This document shows positions 22,737 through 36,105 of a DNA stretch of 64,000 bases, piece after piece. Below the pieces are notes generated by a model, which saw nothing but the letters and a program-made list of their open reading frames with translations, was not told the DNA's origin and ran no database searches. The first letter of the stretch is position 1. Each line of letters starts with the position of its first letter. A program made the translations under genes and the position numbers. Source of the stretch: Mobula birostris (lineage: Eukaryota); assembly GCF_030028105.1 (NCBI RefSeq), contig NC_092377.1, positions 14,318,782 to 14,382,781 on the forward strand, given 5' to 3'.

Positions 22737-25700
22737 CAGGGGTCCCCAACCTTTTTTGCACCGCGGACCGGTTTAATATTGACAATATTCTTGTGGACTG
22801 GCCGACTGGGGGGGGTGGGGGTGGTGTTCATGTAGGGTTAAACACACCTCAACATGTCTTTTACAGTTAGGGTTGCCAACTTTCTCACTCCCAAATAAGG
22901 GACAAAAGTAGCAGTCAAATCCTGACGAAGGGTCCTGGCCCAAAATGTCGACTGTACCTCTTCCTATAGGTGATGCCTGGCCTGCTGTATTCACCAGAAT
23001 TTTTTGTGTGTGTTGACGGGACACTTGTGCTTACCCCGAGAAAGACTACCTTTACCATGAAGCCTTGCGCGGGCACCTGTGTGCGCATGCGTGGCGTGCG
23101 CATATGTGACGTGCGCATGCGCGTATGTGCCGATTTCCCCCCCCCCCACACATCGGTTTTGGCCTAATCTTCCCAACTACACTGTACATACATTATTTCT
23201 ACTTCAAAAAGGCTGTGTATTTATCATATCATTCCTGCTTTTAGAAAACATAGAAAATAGGTGCAGGAGTAGGCCATTCAGCCCTTCGAGCCTGCACCGC
23301 CATTTATTATGATCATGGCTGATCATCCAACTCAGAACCCTGCACCAGCCTTCCCTCCATACCCTCTGATCCCCCTAGCCACAAGGGCCATATCTAATTC
23401 CCTCTTAAATATAGCCAATGAACTGGCCTCAACTGTTTCCTGTGGCAGAGAATTCCACAGATTCACCACTCTCTGTGTGAAGAAGTTTTTCCTAATCTCA
23501 GTCCTAAAAGGCTTCGCCTTTATCCTCAAACCGTGACCCCTCCTTCTGGACTTCCCCAACATCGGGAACAATCTTCCTGCATCTAGCCTGTCCAATCCCT
23601 TTAGGATTTTATATGTTTCAATCAGATCCCCCCTCAATCTTCTAAATTCCAACGAGTACAAGCCCAGTTCATCCAGTCTTTCTTCATATGAAAGTCCTGC
23701 CATCCCAGGAATCAATCTGGTGAACCTTCTCTGTACTCCCTCAGATGTCTTTCCTCAGATTAGGGGACCAAAACTGCACACAATACTCCAGGTGTGGTCT
23801 CACCAAGGCCTTGTACAACTGCAGTAGTACCTCCCTGCTCCTGTACTCGAATCTTCTTGCTATAAATGCCAGCATACCATTCGCCTTTTTCACCGCCTGC
23901 TGTACCTGCATGCCCACTTTCAGTGACTGGTGTATAATGACACCCAGGTCTCGTTGCACCTCCCCTTTTCCTAATCGGCCACCATTCAGATAATAATCTG
24001 TTTTCCTCTTTTTGCCACCAAAGTGGATAACTTCACATTTATCCACATTAAGTTGCATCTGTCATGAATTTGCCCACTCACCCAACCTATCCAAGTCACT
24101 CTGCATCCTCTTAGCATCCTCCTCACAGCTAACACTGCCGCCCAGCTTCGTGTCATCCGCAAACTTGGAGATGCTGCATTTAATTCCCTCATCCAAGTCA
24201 TTAATATATATTGTAAACAACTGGGGTCCCAGCACTGAGCCTTGCGGTACCCGACTAGTCACTGCCTGCCATTCTGAAAAGGTCCCGTTTATTCCCACTC
24301 TTTGCTTCCTGTCTGCTAACCAATTCTCTATCCACATCAATACCTTACCCCCAATACCGTGTGCTTTAAGTTTGCACACTAATCTCCTGTATGGGACCTT
24401 GTCAAAATCCTTTTGAAAATCCAAATATACCACATCCACTGGTTCTCCCCTATCCACTCTACTAGTTACATCCTCAAAAAATTCTATGAGATTCGTCAGA
24501 CATAATTTTCCTTTCACAAATCCATGCTGACTTTGTCCGATGATTTCACCGCTTTCCAAATGTGCTGTTATCACATCTTTGATAACTGACTCCAGCAGTT
24601 TCCCCACCACCGACGTTAGGCTAACCGGTCTATAATTCCCCAGTTTCTCTCTCCCTCCTTTTTTAAAAAGTGGGGTTACATTAGCCACCCTCCAATCCTA
24701 AGGAACTAGTCCAGAATCTAACGAGTTTTGAAAAATTATCACTAATGCATCCACTATTTCTTGGGCTACTTCCTAAAGCACTCTGGGATGCAGACCATCT
24801 GGCCCTGGGGATTTATCTGCCTTTTATCCCTTCAATTTACCTAACACCACTTCCCTACTAACATGTATTTCGCTCAGTTCCTCCATCTCACTGGACCCTC
24901 TGTCCCCTACTATTTCTGGAAGATTATTTATGTCCTCCTTAGTGAAGACAGAACCAAAGTAATTATTCAGTTGGTCTGCCATGTCCTTGCTCCCCATAAT
25001 CAATTCACCTGTTTCTGTCCGTAGGGGACCTACATTTGTCTTTACCAGTCTTTTCCTTTTTACATATCTATAAAAGCTTTTACAGTCAGTTTTTATGTTC
25101 CCTGCCAGTTTTCTCTCATAATCTTTTTTCCCCTTCCTAGTTAAGCCCTTTGTCCTCCTCTGCTGAACTCTGAATTTCTCCCAGTCCTCAGGTGAGCCAC
25201 TTTTTCTGGCTAATTTGTATGCTTCTTCTTTGGAATTGATACTATCCCTAATTTCTCTTGTCAGCCACAGGTGCACTACCTTTCTTGATTTATTCTTTTG
25301 CCAAACTGGGATGAACAATTGTTGTAGTTCATCCATGCAATCTTTAAATGCTTGCCATTGCATATCCACCGTCAATCCTTTAAGTGTCATTTGCCAGTCT
25401 ATCTTAGCTAATTCACGTCTCATACCTTCAAAGTTACCCCTCTTTAAGTTCAGAACCTTTGTTTCTGAATTAACTATGTCACTCTCCATCTTAATGAAGA
25501 ATTCCACCATATTATGCTATATTTTACTATATGTTAGAGTTATTTTAGGTTTTATGTGTTATTTGGTATGACTTGGTAGATTATTTTTTGGGTCTGGGAA
25601 CGCCCAAAAATTTTTCCCATATAAATTAATGGTAATTGCTGTTTCGCTTCACGCCATTTCGGCTTACGAACGGTTTCATAGGAACACTGTACCTTATCGG

Positions 25701-25925
25701 GGGAAATGCAGGACAAGGGCGGTCCCGTATGGGACAAACCAATTTAGCCCAATATACGGGATGTCCCGGCAAATACGGGACAGTTGGCAACCCTACGTTC
25801 AAGTTCAACAGTACGTGACAGGGAATGAGGAAAGGTGCAGCTGACTCGTATCGTTTCCTCACGGCCTGGTAGCACATGCTTTGCGGCCCGGTACCGGTCC
25901 GCGGCCTGGTGGTTGGGGACCGATG
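22737..25925. mobile_element. hAT-family non-autonomous element carrying nested insertions
   Basis: Ends CAGGGGTCCCCAACC / GGTTGGGGACCGATG; 8-bp TSD GGCTAAAT / GGCTAAGT (7 of 8 match). Confidence 0.8.
23242..25516 (-). mobile_element. Young 5'-truncated CR1 LINE (ORF2 RT region, few lesions)
   Basis: Long ORFs with ANVTPLFKKG, NYRPVSLTSVVGK, SQHGF, YLDFQK, VPQGSVLGP, KFADDTK and LVRPHLEYCVQFWSP; ttttctatg tail at 23242-23260. Confidence 0.95.
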
Positions 25926-28044
25926 GGCTAAGTGACCTAATTCTGTTCTAATGTATTATGGTCTGCAAACCTGGCCTCAGAACTATCATCAAAATCATTC
26001 ACCTACAATGTAAAAGCATCAGTCCCAACGCAAACCCCTGTGGAACATCACTAGTCAGGGGCACCCAACTAGTAAAGGCTCCCTTTTTCCCACTCCTCCT
26101 GTCAATCAGCTAATGCTCTTTCCATGCTAGAATCTTTCCTGTAATACCATGGGCTCTTATCTTGTCAAAGACTTCTGAATATCCAAGTATACAACATCCA
26201 CCGATTCTTCTTTGTCTGTCCTGCTTGTTGTTTCCTCAAAAGTGGGAATGATTTGATGGAAATGTGAGAAGGATAAAATGGGATTGGTGCAAAGTTGGTG
26301 TAAATGGTTGATAGTAGGGATGGATTCGATGAGTGGAAGTGCTTGTTTCCACTCTGTCTCTCTCTATGACCCTATCTATCTGTGAGACTACCAACCTGGA
26401 AAGTTTTGGTGCTTCTGCTGGTGTGTGCTGGTTTGTACATTCAGAGGTCCAAAAAGTTGTTGCGAGTCTGTGTCACACACAGTTAAGGCAAACCCCTGCA
26501 AACCAGGTGGGTGTTGGCTTCAGTCCAATAAATTGTAGTCACCGACTCCTGAGATAAAATTTAATTTTGTGTAATTAACTGAATTGAACTATCCCAGATG
26601 CCCTTGTGGAATTCCAGCTTGTGCCTTGCAGATCATTAGTTCTGGTCTGGACATAAGACAGGAATTTAGCAAGAGTGCTGCAATCCTTCATTTGCCTTCG
26701 CAACATTTTGAGATTAAACTTGGGATGCTTTATCTACAGAAGCAGTCTTGATGATTTGCTTTCATCGAGGAAGGTCAAGGTCAAACTCTTCCTAAGTGTT
26801 TAATAGCATTGGGAATGCACCAGGAGTTCATTGTTTTACAAGATTTGGTTTAAAGGAGGCAGACAATTGGCTGATGAAGTGTAATGGGAGAGCACACTGA
26901 AATTGAAATCATAGCAGGAGTGTTGACAAACACATAAGCAATATCCAAGCAAAAGAAAAATCCAAATTAACATTTTGGCTCTGGGCATTGGCAACAGTCC
27001 AGTCGTTTCACTGTTCCTGAGAATGAATGTTTCTTTTTAATTAAGCAAATTTAAATATCCTAAATGCCTTTGTGTACCCATATCTATCAACTCTCCTGAT
27101 GTCCTGAAATCTCAGGAGACAAAAATTAGTCTTCCGGACAATTCAGAGACAAAATGGAAGACACTAATATGAACTTATTGAAGAAATCCTTATGTTTAGA
27201 GTACATTTCTTTATTGGTGATAAAAATATTGGATAAATACCAATTTGACTTGGTTGGGTAATTGGATTGGAGTGCATCCAAGCAGGTTTTACAACCAAAT
27301 GATAAGATTACCACTGAGAAGTGACCTTATCCCTGAGGCACTATCACCTGCATTCTCCTTCAAACCCACGCAGAGGGATAAAACCAGAGATAAAATAAAA
27401 GCAGGAAGTATTGGAAATGCTCTGCAGGTCAGGCAGCATCTGTGGAGAGAGTGTTCAGGACATTGACCTTGGATTATGAGGACAGAGTTTGTAAAGCAAG
27501 CCTGGTTACTCACTGTAGCAAAGGGAGTTACAGGGAACCGTTGTTTCCCTGAATCCAACATGATTAATCCAAAACTCCATCAAGTCCATTGTTTGATTCA
27601 ACTGACTGAACAGACCAAAACTTGACTGAGAACTCTTCACTCCTTCAAATGCATTCTCTTAAATCAATCTCTCCAATCAATATATCACTTTATTGAACCC
27701 ATTTCTTCCTGGCATCCATCCATTAAATGAATCACTTCACTTAATGCACTGCTTCATTAAATCTGTCAGGTGCATCACTTCTTTGAATTGATCTTTGTAT
27801 TCTCACTGACAGCCAAGTCTGCAGGGAATCATCCCTGTAGTGACCTGAGGTAACGTTTCAGTTTCATGCCCAATGTTGTTTGCCCTTGTGTTGAGTGCAT
27901 CAGTCTCTGTACCTGCGGCATCCTTATGGCTCTCGTGTCAATCATTGACTCCTGAAGCTGTTGCAAACTGACTTTTCTGTCGATTATTTTTCCTCCATAA
28001 TGTGTTCCTTATGGGAGAAGTTGATTATCCTTGTGCCTAACCAT

Positions 28045-29172
28045 AAGGTTCCACACGGTAGGCTTATTCAGAAAGTCAGAAGGCATGGGATCCAGGGAAG
28101 TTTGGCCAGGTGGATTCAGTATTGGCTTGCCTGCAGAAGGCAGAGGGTGGTGGTGGAAGGAGTACATTCAGATTGGAGGGTTGTGACTAGTGGTGTCCCA
28201 CAAGGATCTGTTCTGGGACCTCTACTTTTCATGATTTTTATTAACGACCTGGATGTGGGGGTAGAAGGGTGGGTTGGCAAGTTTGGAGACGACACAAAGG
28301 TTGGTGGTGTTGTAGATAGTGTAGAGGATTGTCAAAGATTGCAGAGAGAGATTGATAGGATGCAGAAGTGGGCTGAGAAGTGGCAGATGGAGTTCAACCC
28401 GGAGAAGTGTGAGGTGGTACACTTTGGAAGGACAAACTCCAAGGCAGAGTACAAAGTAAATGGCAGGATACTTGGTAGTGTGGAGGAGCAGAGGGATCTG
28501 GGGGTACATGTCCACAGATCCCTAAAAGTTGCCTCACAGGTGGATAGGGTAGTTAAGAAAGCTTATAGGGTGTTAGCTTTCGTAAGTCAAGGGATAGAGT
28601 TTAAGAGTCGCGATGTAATGTTGTAGCTCTATAAAACTCTGGTTAGGCCACACTTGGAGTACTGTGTCCAGTTCTGGTCACCTCACTATAGGAAGGATGT
28701 GGAAGCATTGGAAAGGGTACAGAGGAGATTTACCAGGATGCTGCCTGGTTTAGAAAGTATGCATTATGATCAGAGATTAAGGGAGCTAGGGCTTTACTCT
28801 TTGGAGAGAAGGAGGATGAGAGGAGACATGATAGAGGTGTACAAGATAATAAGAGGAATAGATAGAGTGGATAGCCAGCACCTCTTCCCCAGGGCACCAC
28901 TGCTCAATACAAGAGGACATGGCTTTAAGGTAAGGGGTGGGAAGTTCAAGGGGGATATTAGAGGAAGGTTTTTACTCAGAGAGTGGTTGGTGCGTGGAAT
29001 GCACTGCCTGAGTCAGTGGTGGAGGCAGATACACTCGTGAAGTTTAAGAGACTACTAGACAGGTATATGGAGGAATTTAAGGTGGGGGCTTATATGGGAG
29101 GCAGGATTTGAGGGTCGGCACAACATTGTGGGCCGAAGGGCCTGTACTGTGCTGTACTATTCTATGTTCTAT
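28045..29172 (+). mobile_element. Young CR1 LINE 3' portion
   Basis: KVPHGRLIQK...GVPQGSVLGP...KFGDDTK...LEYCVQFWSPHYRKD; (ttctatg)n tail. Confidence 0.93.
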
Positions 29173-30089
29173 GACATCGCAGAATTAGGCCATTCAGCCC
29201 ATCGTCTTCTCTGCCATTGTGTCATGGCTGATTTATTATCCCCTTCGACCCCATTCTCCTGCCTTTTCCCTGTAACCCTTGATGTGCTTGCTAGTCAAGA
29301 ATCTGTCAACCTCTGCTTTTTAAATGTACCCAATGACTTAGCCTCCACAGTCATTTGTGGCAATGAATTCCACAGATTTACTACCCACTGGCCAAATAAA
29401 TTCCTCCTCATCTCTTTTCTAGAGGGATGTCATTATATTCCGAGGCTGTCCTAAACTCCCCTAGACTCCTAACCTCAAGCAGTAAGACCAGGGTGTGGGT
29501 CTTATGCCTCTGCCTCAGAGCAGTTTGGTAGAGTTGGCAACCTATACAAACTGAGGATATTGGCTCAGTGTAAACACCAGGGGATGGGTGTAATTCAGCG
29601 ATGGAAACAATATAATGAAGGATGGATAGAATATAGAGTAGAGAGCTGGAGAGAGTGTTATGACAGAAAGAACAGAGGGATTGATAGAATAGAGTGTTGG
29701 GAAATAATGGAACGACATGCAATGGAGAGAAAGTTTATTGGACAGTCAGGTACAATGGAGTAACAGAAATTAAGGATTTACTGCAGTGGTGGTTTACAAC
29801 AGGTATTGTGGATTCATAGATTTAATGGTAATTTAAGTTCTAAACAGAGTCTGATGCAATGAAGAGTTAGCTTCAGTGAGGTCACGGACTCAAAGGAGTC
29901 ATGAACTAAATGGACTGGACGTCAGTGGACTGGTGGATTTGATGCATCGGTGTGGATGCAACAATGTGATGGATTTTTGGAGGAGCGGAGTGAAGGATGT
30001 GATGGATTCCCTGGAATTGTGTTGCTTCTGCCAAGGTGGCAGATTTGCTGAAGTCAGTGATCCACTGGCGTGGGGAATTGTTGTCATAG

Positions 30090-30476
30090 TCATACTTTAT
30101 TGATCTCGAAGGAAATTGATTTTCGTTACAGTTGCCCCAACCAAGAATATAAATATATTAATATAAAACCATAAATAATTAAATAGTAATATGTAAATTA
30201 TGCCAGTAAATTATGGAATAAGTTCAGGACCAGCCTATTGACTCACGGTGTCTGACCCTCCAAGGGAGGAGTTGTAAAGTTTGATGGCCACAGCCAGGAA
30301 TAACTTCCTATGATGCTCTGTGCTGCATCTCGGTGGAATGAGTCTCTGGCTGAATGTACTCCTGTGCCCACCCAGTACATTATGTAGTGGATGGGAGATA
30401 TTGTCCAAGATGGCATGCAACTTGGACAGCATCCTCTTTTCAGACACCACCGTGAGAGAGTCCAGTTCCATCCCCA
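30090..30476 (-). mobile_element. Rex/Babar-like LINE 3' end (distinct subfamily)
   Basis: ORF 30235-30477 reads ELDSLTVVSEKRMLSKLHAILDNISHPLH...PRCSTEHHRKLFLAVAIKLYNSS. Confidence 0.75.
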
Positions 30477-32489
30477 TTAACCTGTAACGTGTTGACGTGA
30501 CAGATTTGGTGGTGTGATGTATTACAGGGACTGATGGATTCAGTGGGCCAAGGGATTACATGGATTTAGAATCAGAATGAATTCAGTGGAGTCAAGTGCT
30601 GGTGGAACTTGTTTGGCAGATTTAACGGAGCAATAATGGCAGTGTGCCTGGTCTTCCAGAGTCAGGAATCCCCAGGAGTGATGCACTGGATGAAGTGCTA
30701 GATTTCCCGGAGTATTGGGCCTGATGAAGTAAGGATTTCAACAGAGAGGGTAATTTGAATGACAAGTGCATCTGTAGGATTTTAGATTGAATGGATGTGA
30801 CGGACAGATAGATGTAACAGAGTGATAAAGTTATTAACTCATTTGAGTGATGGATCCAATCAATTGACCAATTAAAGAGTTGATGGCCTCGCTGGAACAG
30901 ATACAGTGATGTATTGGATTCATAAGTGGGAGATTTATGGCCGTGATGAACTTCAGTGAGTATTGGCTTTGGTGGTTCAGTGGAGAGATTAGTTCACAGG
31001 TTTACTAGAGTGACGGGTGCGGTGGAGCTTTCTGTACTTGCGATGTGGAGATTGGAGGGGTTATACAGACATTTATTGAACATCCCCTGTTGCCTCTGAA
31101 CTGTGGAGATTGTTAAGCACCAGTCACACCAGTGGGTCTGCATTTGTGTGCAGGCCGGTAAGGACGGCAGATCTCATTCACTGAAAGACATTAATGAGCC
31201 CCAGTTCAGTAATTCTTTGGTTTCCATGACTATATGTGTCAGATTTATTAATTTACCACAAGTTAAATTCCCCAGCAGTATGGTGGGATCCCAGCCTGTG
31301 TTTCAGGGTCATAACTGCAGCACTCTGGGTGCTGGTCTGGTATCTTCACCACTACACTGAAGTAGAGAGGTCAGAGGAGGTCACTGGTTAGAATCAGAAT
31401 CAGAATTAAGCTCGTTATCACTGTGTGTCATGAGATTTGTTGTTTTGTGGCAGCGGTGCAGTGCAAGTGTCGGCCCTCGAGTTGAGGGTCTTGGAAGATT
31501 GGAACAGCGAGTTGCTGCTCTCCGTCTCCGTTGCTGCGGGAGCAACCTCACTCTCCCTTGATGGAGAGAGAGAGAGAGAGCCTGTCTGAGATACGGAAAT
31601 GCTGAGTTATGAGCTGTAGCTGTTAATGGACGCTGGATCAACGTCTCTCTGGGGGGGCTTTTGCTATTGCGTGAATGGTTGGAGGAAGCTTGTGCGTTGG
31701 AGGGGAGCTTTGAGGTGCTGATGTTACTATCATTCATTCTTTGGGGTTTCTTGTTTCGTGGATGTCTGTGAAGAGTAAGAATTTCAGGTTGTATACTGTA
31801 TACATTCTCTGATATTAAATTGAGCCATTTGAATTACAATAAGAATATAAATAACTTAATTAAGTAGTGTAAAAAGAGCAAAAATTAAGTAGTGTGAAAA
31901 GAGAAGCTGTTAATAAAATGTTGAGTGTGTGTCTTCAGGCTCCTGTACCTCCTCTCTGCTCGTAGTAATGAGAAGAGGGCGTGTACTGTATGGTGGGGGT
32001 CCTTAACAATGGATGCCACCTTTCTGAGGCATCGCCTTTTGAAAGTGCCCTTGATGGTGGAGTGGCTAGTGCCCGTGATGGAGCTGACTGAGCTTACAAC
32101 TGTGCAGAGGCCTCTCTGTACCAGGCAATTATACAACCAGTCACAATCCTCTCCACAGTACATCCGTGGAATTTTTCCAGAGTCACTGATGACATACCAA
32201 ATCTCCTCAAACTCCTTCATAAAATATCACCACTGGTTATGCCATTTTTGTCATTGCATCAGTATGTTGGGCCCAGGATAGATCCTTAGAGATGCTGGTT
32301 AAATGGGGTGATTGATGTAGTGGAGTTTAATATAGGAATTGATTCAGTTGATTGTTCAGTTCATTGGATGTATGGATTTAATGAAACGATGATATAATCA
32401 GTGAAACAATGCATTCAGTTGGCTAGTTGGTTCCATCGATTAGTGGCCCACTACACTGATAATTTCAGTGGAATGAAGGTTTGATGCAA

Positions 32490-33995
32490 GAGTTTCTCAC
32501 CTGCTTCGAAAGGGCACCAATCATACCAGTGCCCAACAAGAGCAGGGCGATCTGTCTCAATGGCTGTCACCCAGTGGCACTGGTTGAAGTGCTTTGAGAG
32601 GTTGGCCATGGCTGGAATGAACTCCTACCTAAGCAAGGACCTGGACCCACTGCAATTGTCTATTGCCACAATAGGTCTACAGCAGATGCAACCTCACTGG
32701 CTCTCCACTCTTCACCTGGTTTATAGTAATACTCACCTCAGGTCACTGTTTATTGATTATACCCTCAGTTCTAATCAACAAGCTTCAAAACCTGGGCCTC
32801 TGTACCTCCCTCGGCAACTGAATTCTTGACTTCCTCACTGGAAGACCACAGTCTGTGAGGATCAGAAATACCAGCTCCTCTTCATTGACAGTCAACACTG
32901 GCCCACCTCAAGATTGTGTGCTTCGCCCACTGCCCTACGTTCTCTCCACCCACGACTGTGTGTTTAGGCACAGCTGAAATGCCATTATAAATTTGCCAAT
33001 GACGCAACTATTTTTGGCAGAATTTCAGATGGTGATGAGGAGGCGTTCAGGAGCAAGGTAGATCAGCTGGTTGAGTGGCGTCTCAGCAACAACCTTGAGC
33101 TCATCAGCAGTGAGGCCCAGAGATGATTGTGAACTTAAGGGAAGAGGTAGTCAAGGGAACACACACCAGTCCTCATCAAAGTATCTGAAGTGCTTTTGGG
33201 TGAGCAGTTTCTAGTACCTGGGTGTCAACATCTCTGAGAATCCTGACCCCAACATATTGATGCTCTGTCCCGTCCTGTCCATACTGCACCAACCACCGCT
33301 GCCGGGCTATAAGCGTGCAGGAGCAATGTGTGGTTAAGTGCCTTGCTCAAGGACACAACACGCTGCCTCAGCTGAGGCTCGAACTCACGACCTTCAGATC
33401 ACTAGTCCAACACATTAACCACTTGGCCACGTGCCAACTGATGGAATGGCAAGGAAGGCATGACTGCGGCTATGTTCATTAGGAGCTTGAGGAGAATTGG
33501 TACGTCACCAAAGGCATTCACAAATCTCTACACATACACAATGGAGAGCTTTCTAACTGGTTTCATCACCATCTGGTATGAGTGGCCACTACACAGGTTT
33601 GGAAAAAGCTGCGGAGAGTTGTAAACTCTGCCAGCTCCATCATGGGCACTAGCCTTCCCAGTATTGAGGACATCTTCGAAAGACAATGCCTTGAAAAAGT
33701 GGCATTCATCATCAAGTACCTCCAACACCCAGGACATGCCCTCTTCTAGGTACAGGAGCCTGAAGACACACACTTCTTACTGTTTGCACAACAGTAGACG
33801 TTGGCTGTTTGACGGTCTTTCTTAATGAGTTCTATTGGGTTTCTTTGTTTTGTGGCTGCCTGCAAGGAGATGAATCTATGGGTTGTATATAGTATACATA
33901 TTTTGATAATAAATGAACTCTGAAACTTGTACTGTTGCCACAAAAACATTAAATAGCACAACATAGGCCAGTGACATTAAACCTGATTCTGATCA
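32490..33995 (+). mobile_element. Degenerate Rex1/Babar LINE (RT region to tail)
   Basis: KCFERL, DLDPLQ, LFIDY and (K)FANDAT motifs; aaacctgattctga tail. Confidence 0.8.
33265..33438 (-). mobile_element. tRNA-derived SINE with CORE/Nin-like domain, nested in the LINE
   Basis: Minus strand: gtggccaagtggttaa (A box)...gagttcgagcc (B box)...gtgtccttgagcaaggcacttaacc. Confidence 0.7.
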
Positions 33996-35659
33996 GCTGA
34001 GTGACAGAATATAGTGATGTATTCAGCGGAGTGATGGGTTTACTGAAGCAAGGGGTCACATCAGTAATTGGTTTAAAGGAGGGATAGGTCCACTACATTG
34101 TCTGATTCAGCAGAGAAATGACAGCAATAATAGACTAGGCGACACGGTAAGATGAAATGGAGTCTCTTACAACCTTAGATTCTTACGGAGCATTGGTGGG
34201 ACAGTGTGAAGTCTTTCTGAGATCTGGTCGCTGAAGACGCTGAAGAGTTGAGCTGAAGTTCATGGAAGTCAGTCCACAGCGACGAAGCCAGACATCACCG
34301 CAGCCGACCCAAGAGCCTGTTAATTGCTGGCCACAACCTCAGTTCAACGCAGAGATGTAGACACCTCACAAGCAGTGAGCTGAATACCGGCCCATCCCTC
34401 GCCTTCAGCCCCGGAGTATTGTTATTATTATTTATTATTATTAATCAAGGATCAAACTCTATTTGCCGTATGCATTTACATGCATTAGGGATTTGCTGTG
34501 GTGTGTTGGCTTAACATACAACAAAAAGCAAGACCATTCAACGTAAATAAAGAGTAAGGAATTATAATGATTCATTGATAAGATCAGTGGGGAGTGATAG
34601 CAGTGGTTAAATCTAAGGAGCTTTCGGTATACTGGTCTGTTTTGAATTTGTTGATGATTTTGACTCATCTCATTTTGTCGCCGGCTGATTCCGGAAAGCT
34701 TCCCAAAGAACCCGCTGGTGATGGTGACCCCTTCTTGCTCTTCAGGCAGGCAACCCTCTCTTGTGGAATGCACCCAAAAGACCACAGGGCCTTTCCCTGT
34801 GATGCCCACCCAAACAAACTCGGTACAGGCAAGGGCTCTTGAGAAAGGGCTGCCTGGATGGAGAGGAACTGGAGCTACGTCTGAACAGCCCTGCATCGAA
34901 CAGTTTGGTGAACCATCTGGAAAGGGGGAAGATTACAGTTTGGCCTGCAGTGTTCATGACTCCTAGAGTAATACAGCTTAATGCCAGGTCCAAAGTCTGG
35001 GTCCACAGCTCCTCAGTCACTCATCCACACAGCCTTTAAATGCAGAGGGGATTTCTGACTCCACTTAGCTTTCGAGCTCCTCCACCCACCTTCTGAGTGC
35101 GCAAATATACTGGTCTTTCTACCTGGTGATTGAGCTCTCTGCCAGGGACGATAATGTGGAAGACCTGTAGTCCCCCATGACATTGTTCCGACATCCCAAT
35201 GGCTGTCGACACCTGGCTTACTGTTACCTCAATTCTGCACTCCCGGACAACACACTTCTGAGCCCTCATGGTGCGGGAAAGCAGGGAAAAGCTGGAGTCA
35301 ACAAGGGCGGATCGGGCCAAGTAGCCTGTTTCATGACAATCCCATGTGTATCCTGCCTTTCAAAGCCAAGTATCCTGCAGAAACACGAGAGATTCTAAAG
35401 ATGCTGGAAATTTATTGATCTGCAGAGTGGGGCCCTTTGAGCGTACCGCCCAGCAACCCCCAATTTAACCCCTCATCTAATTTACAATGACCAATTAACC
35501 TACCAACCGGTACGCGTTCAGACCGAGGAAACTGGAGCACCCAGAGGAAACTCACGCAGTCACGAGAGAACGTACAATCTCCTTACAGAGAGCAAACCTG
35601 GGTCGCTGGTACTGTAAAGTATTGTGCTCACTACTACACCACTGCGCCATCCAGAAATC

Positions 35660-36105
35660 TTGAACAACACAACACAACACAAAATGCTGGAGGGAGTCGA
35701 GTAGGCCAGGCAGCATCTATGGAGAGGAATAAACAGTCGATGTTTCGGGCCGAGACCCTTCATCAGGACTGGAAAGGAAGGGGGAAGGGCCAGAATGAGA
35801 AGCTGGAGAGGGGGGAAGGAGTACAAGCTGGCAGGTGATAGGTGAGACCAGGTGCTGGGGACGGTAGGTGGGTGGGGGAGGGTTATGAAGTAAGAAGCTG
35901 AAAGTGGATAGGTGGAGAGGTAAAGGGCTAAAGAAGAAGGAATGTAATAGGAGAGGACAGTGGACTATGGAAGAAAGGGAAGGGGGGAGCTGATGAGGCA
36001 AATCAGGAAAAGGGAAAAGGTGAGAAGCTAACCAGAAAGAGCAATTGAAAATGCAAGGAGAAATTGCTGGAAATTTGAGAAATCGATGTTTATGCCATCA
36101 GCAAT
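35660..36105 (-). mobile_element. Penelope-like element terminal fragment
   Basis: Longest copy of the recurrent repeat (acacaaaatgctggagg...cttcatcaggactggaaagg plus purine-rich extension); carries a hammerhead motif. Confidence 0.6.
35734..35771 (-). ncRNA. Minimal type-I hammerhead ribozyme motif (stem III mismatch)
   Basis: Minus strand CAGUC-CUGAUGA-A-GGGU-CUCG-GCCC-GAAA-C-AUC-GACUG, with a 5-bp stem I, a stem II and both core boxes. Confidence 0.7.

Noticed and set aside
23242-25516. Active autonomous CR1
   Set aside because: 5'-truncated, lacks most of the endonuclease, and has stops and a deletion near 23740.
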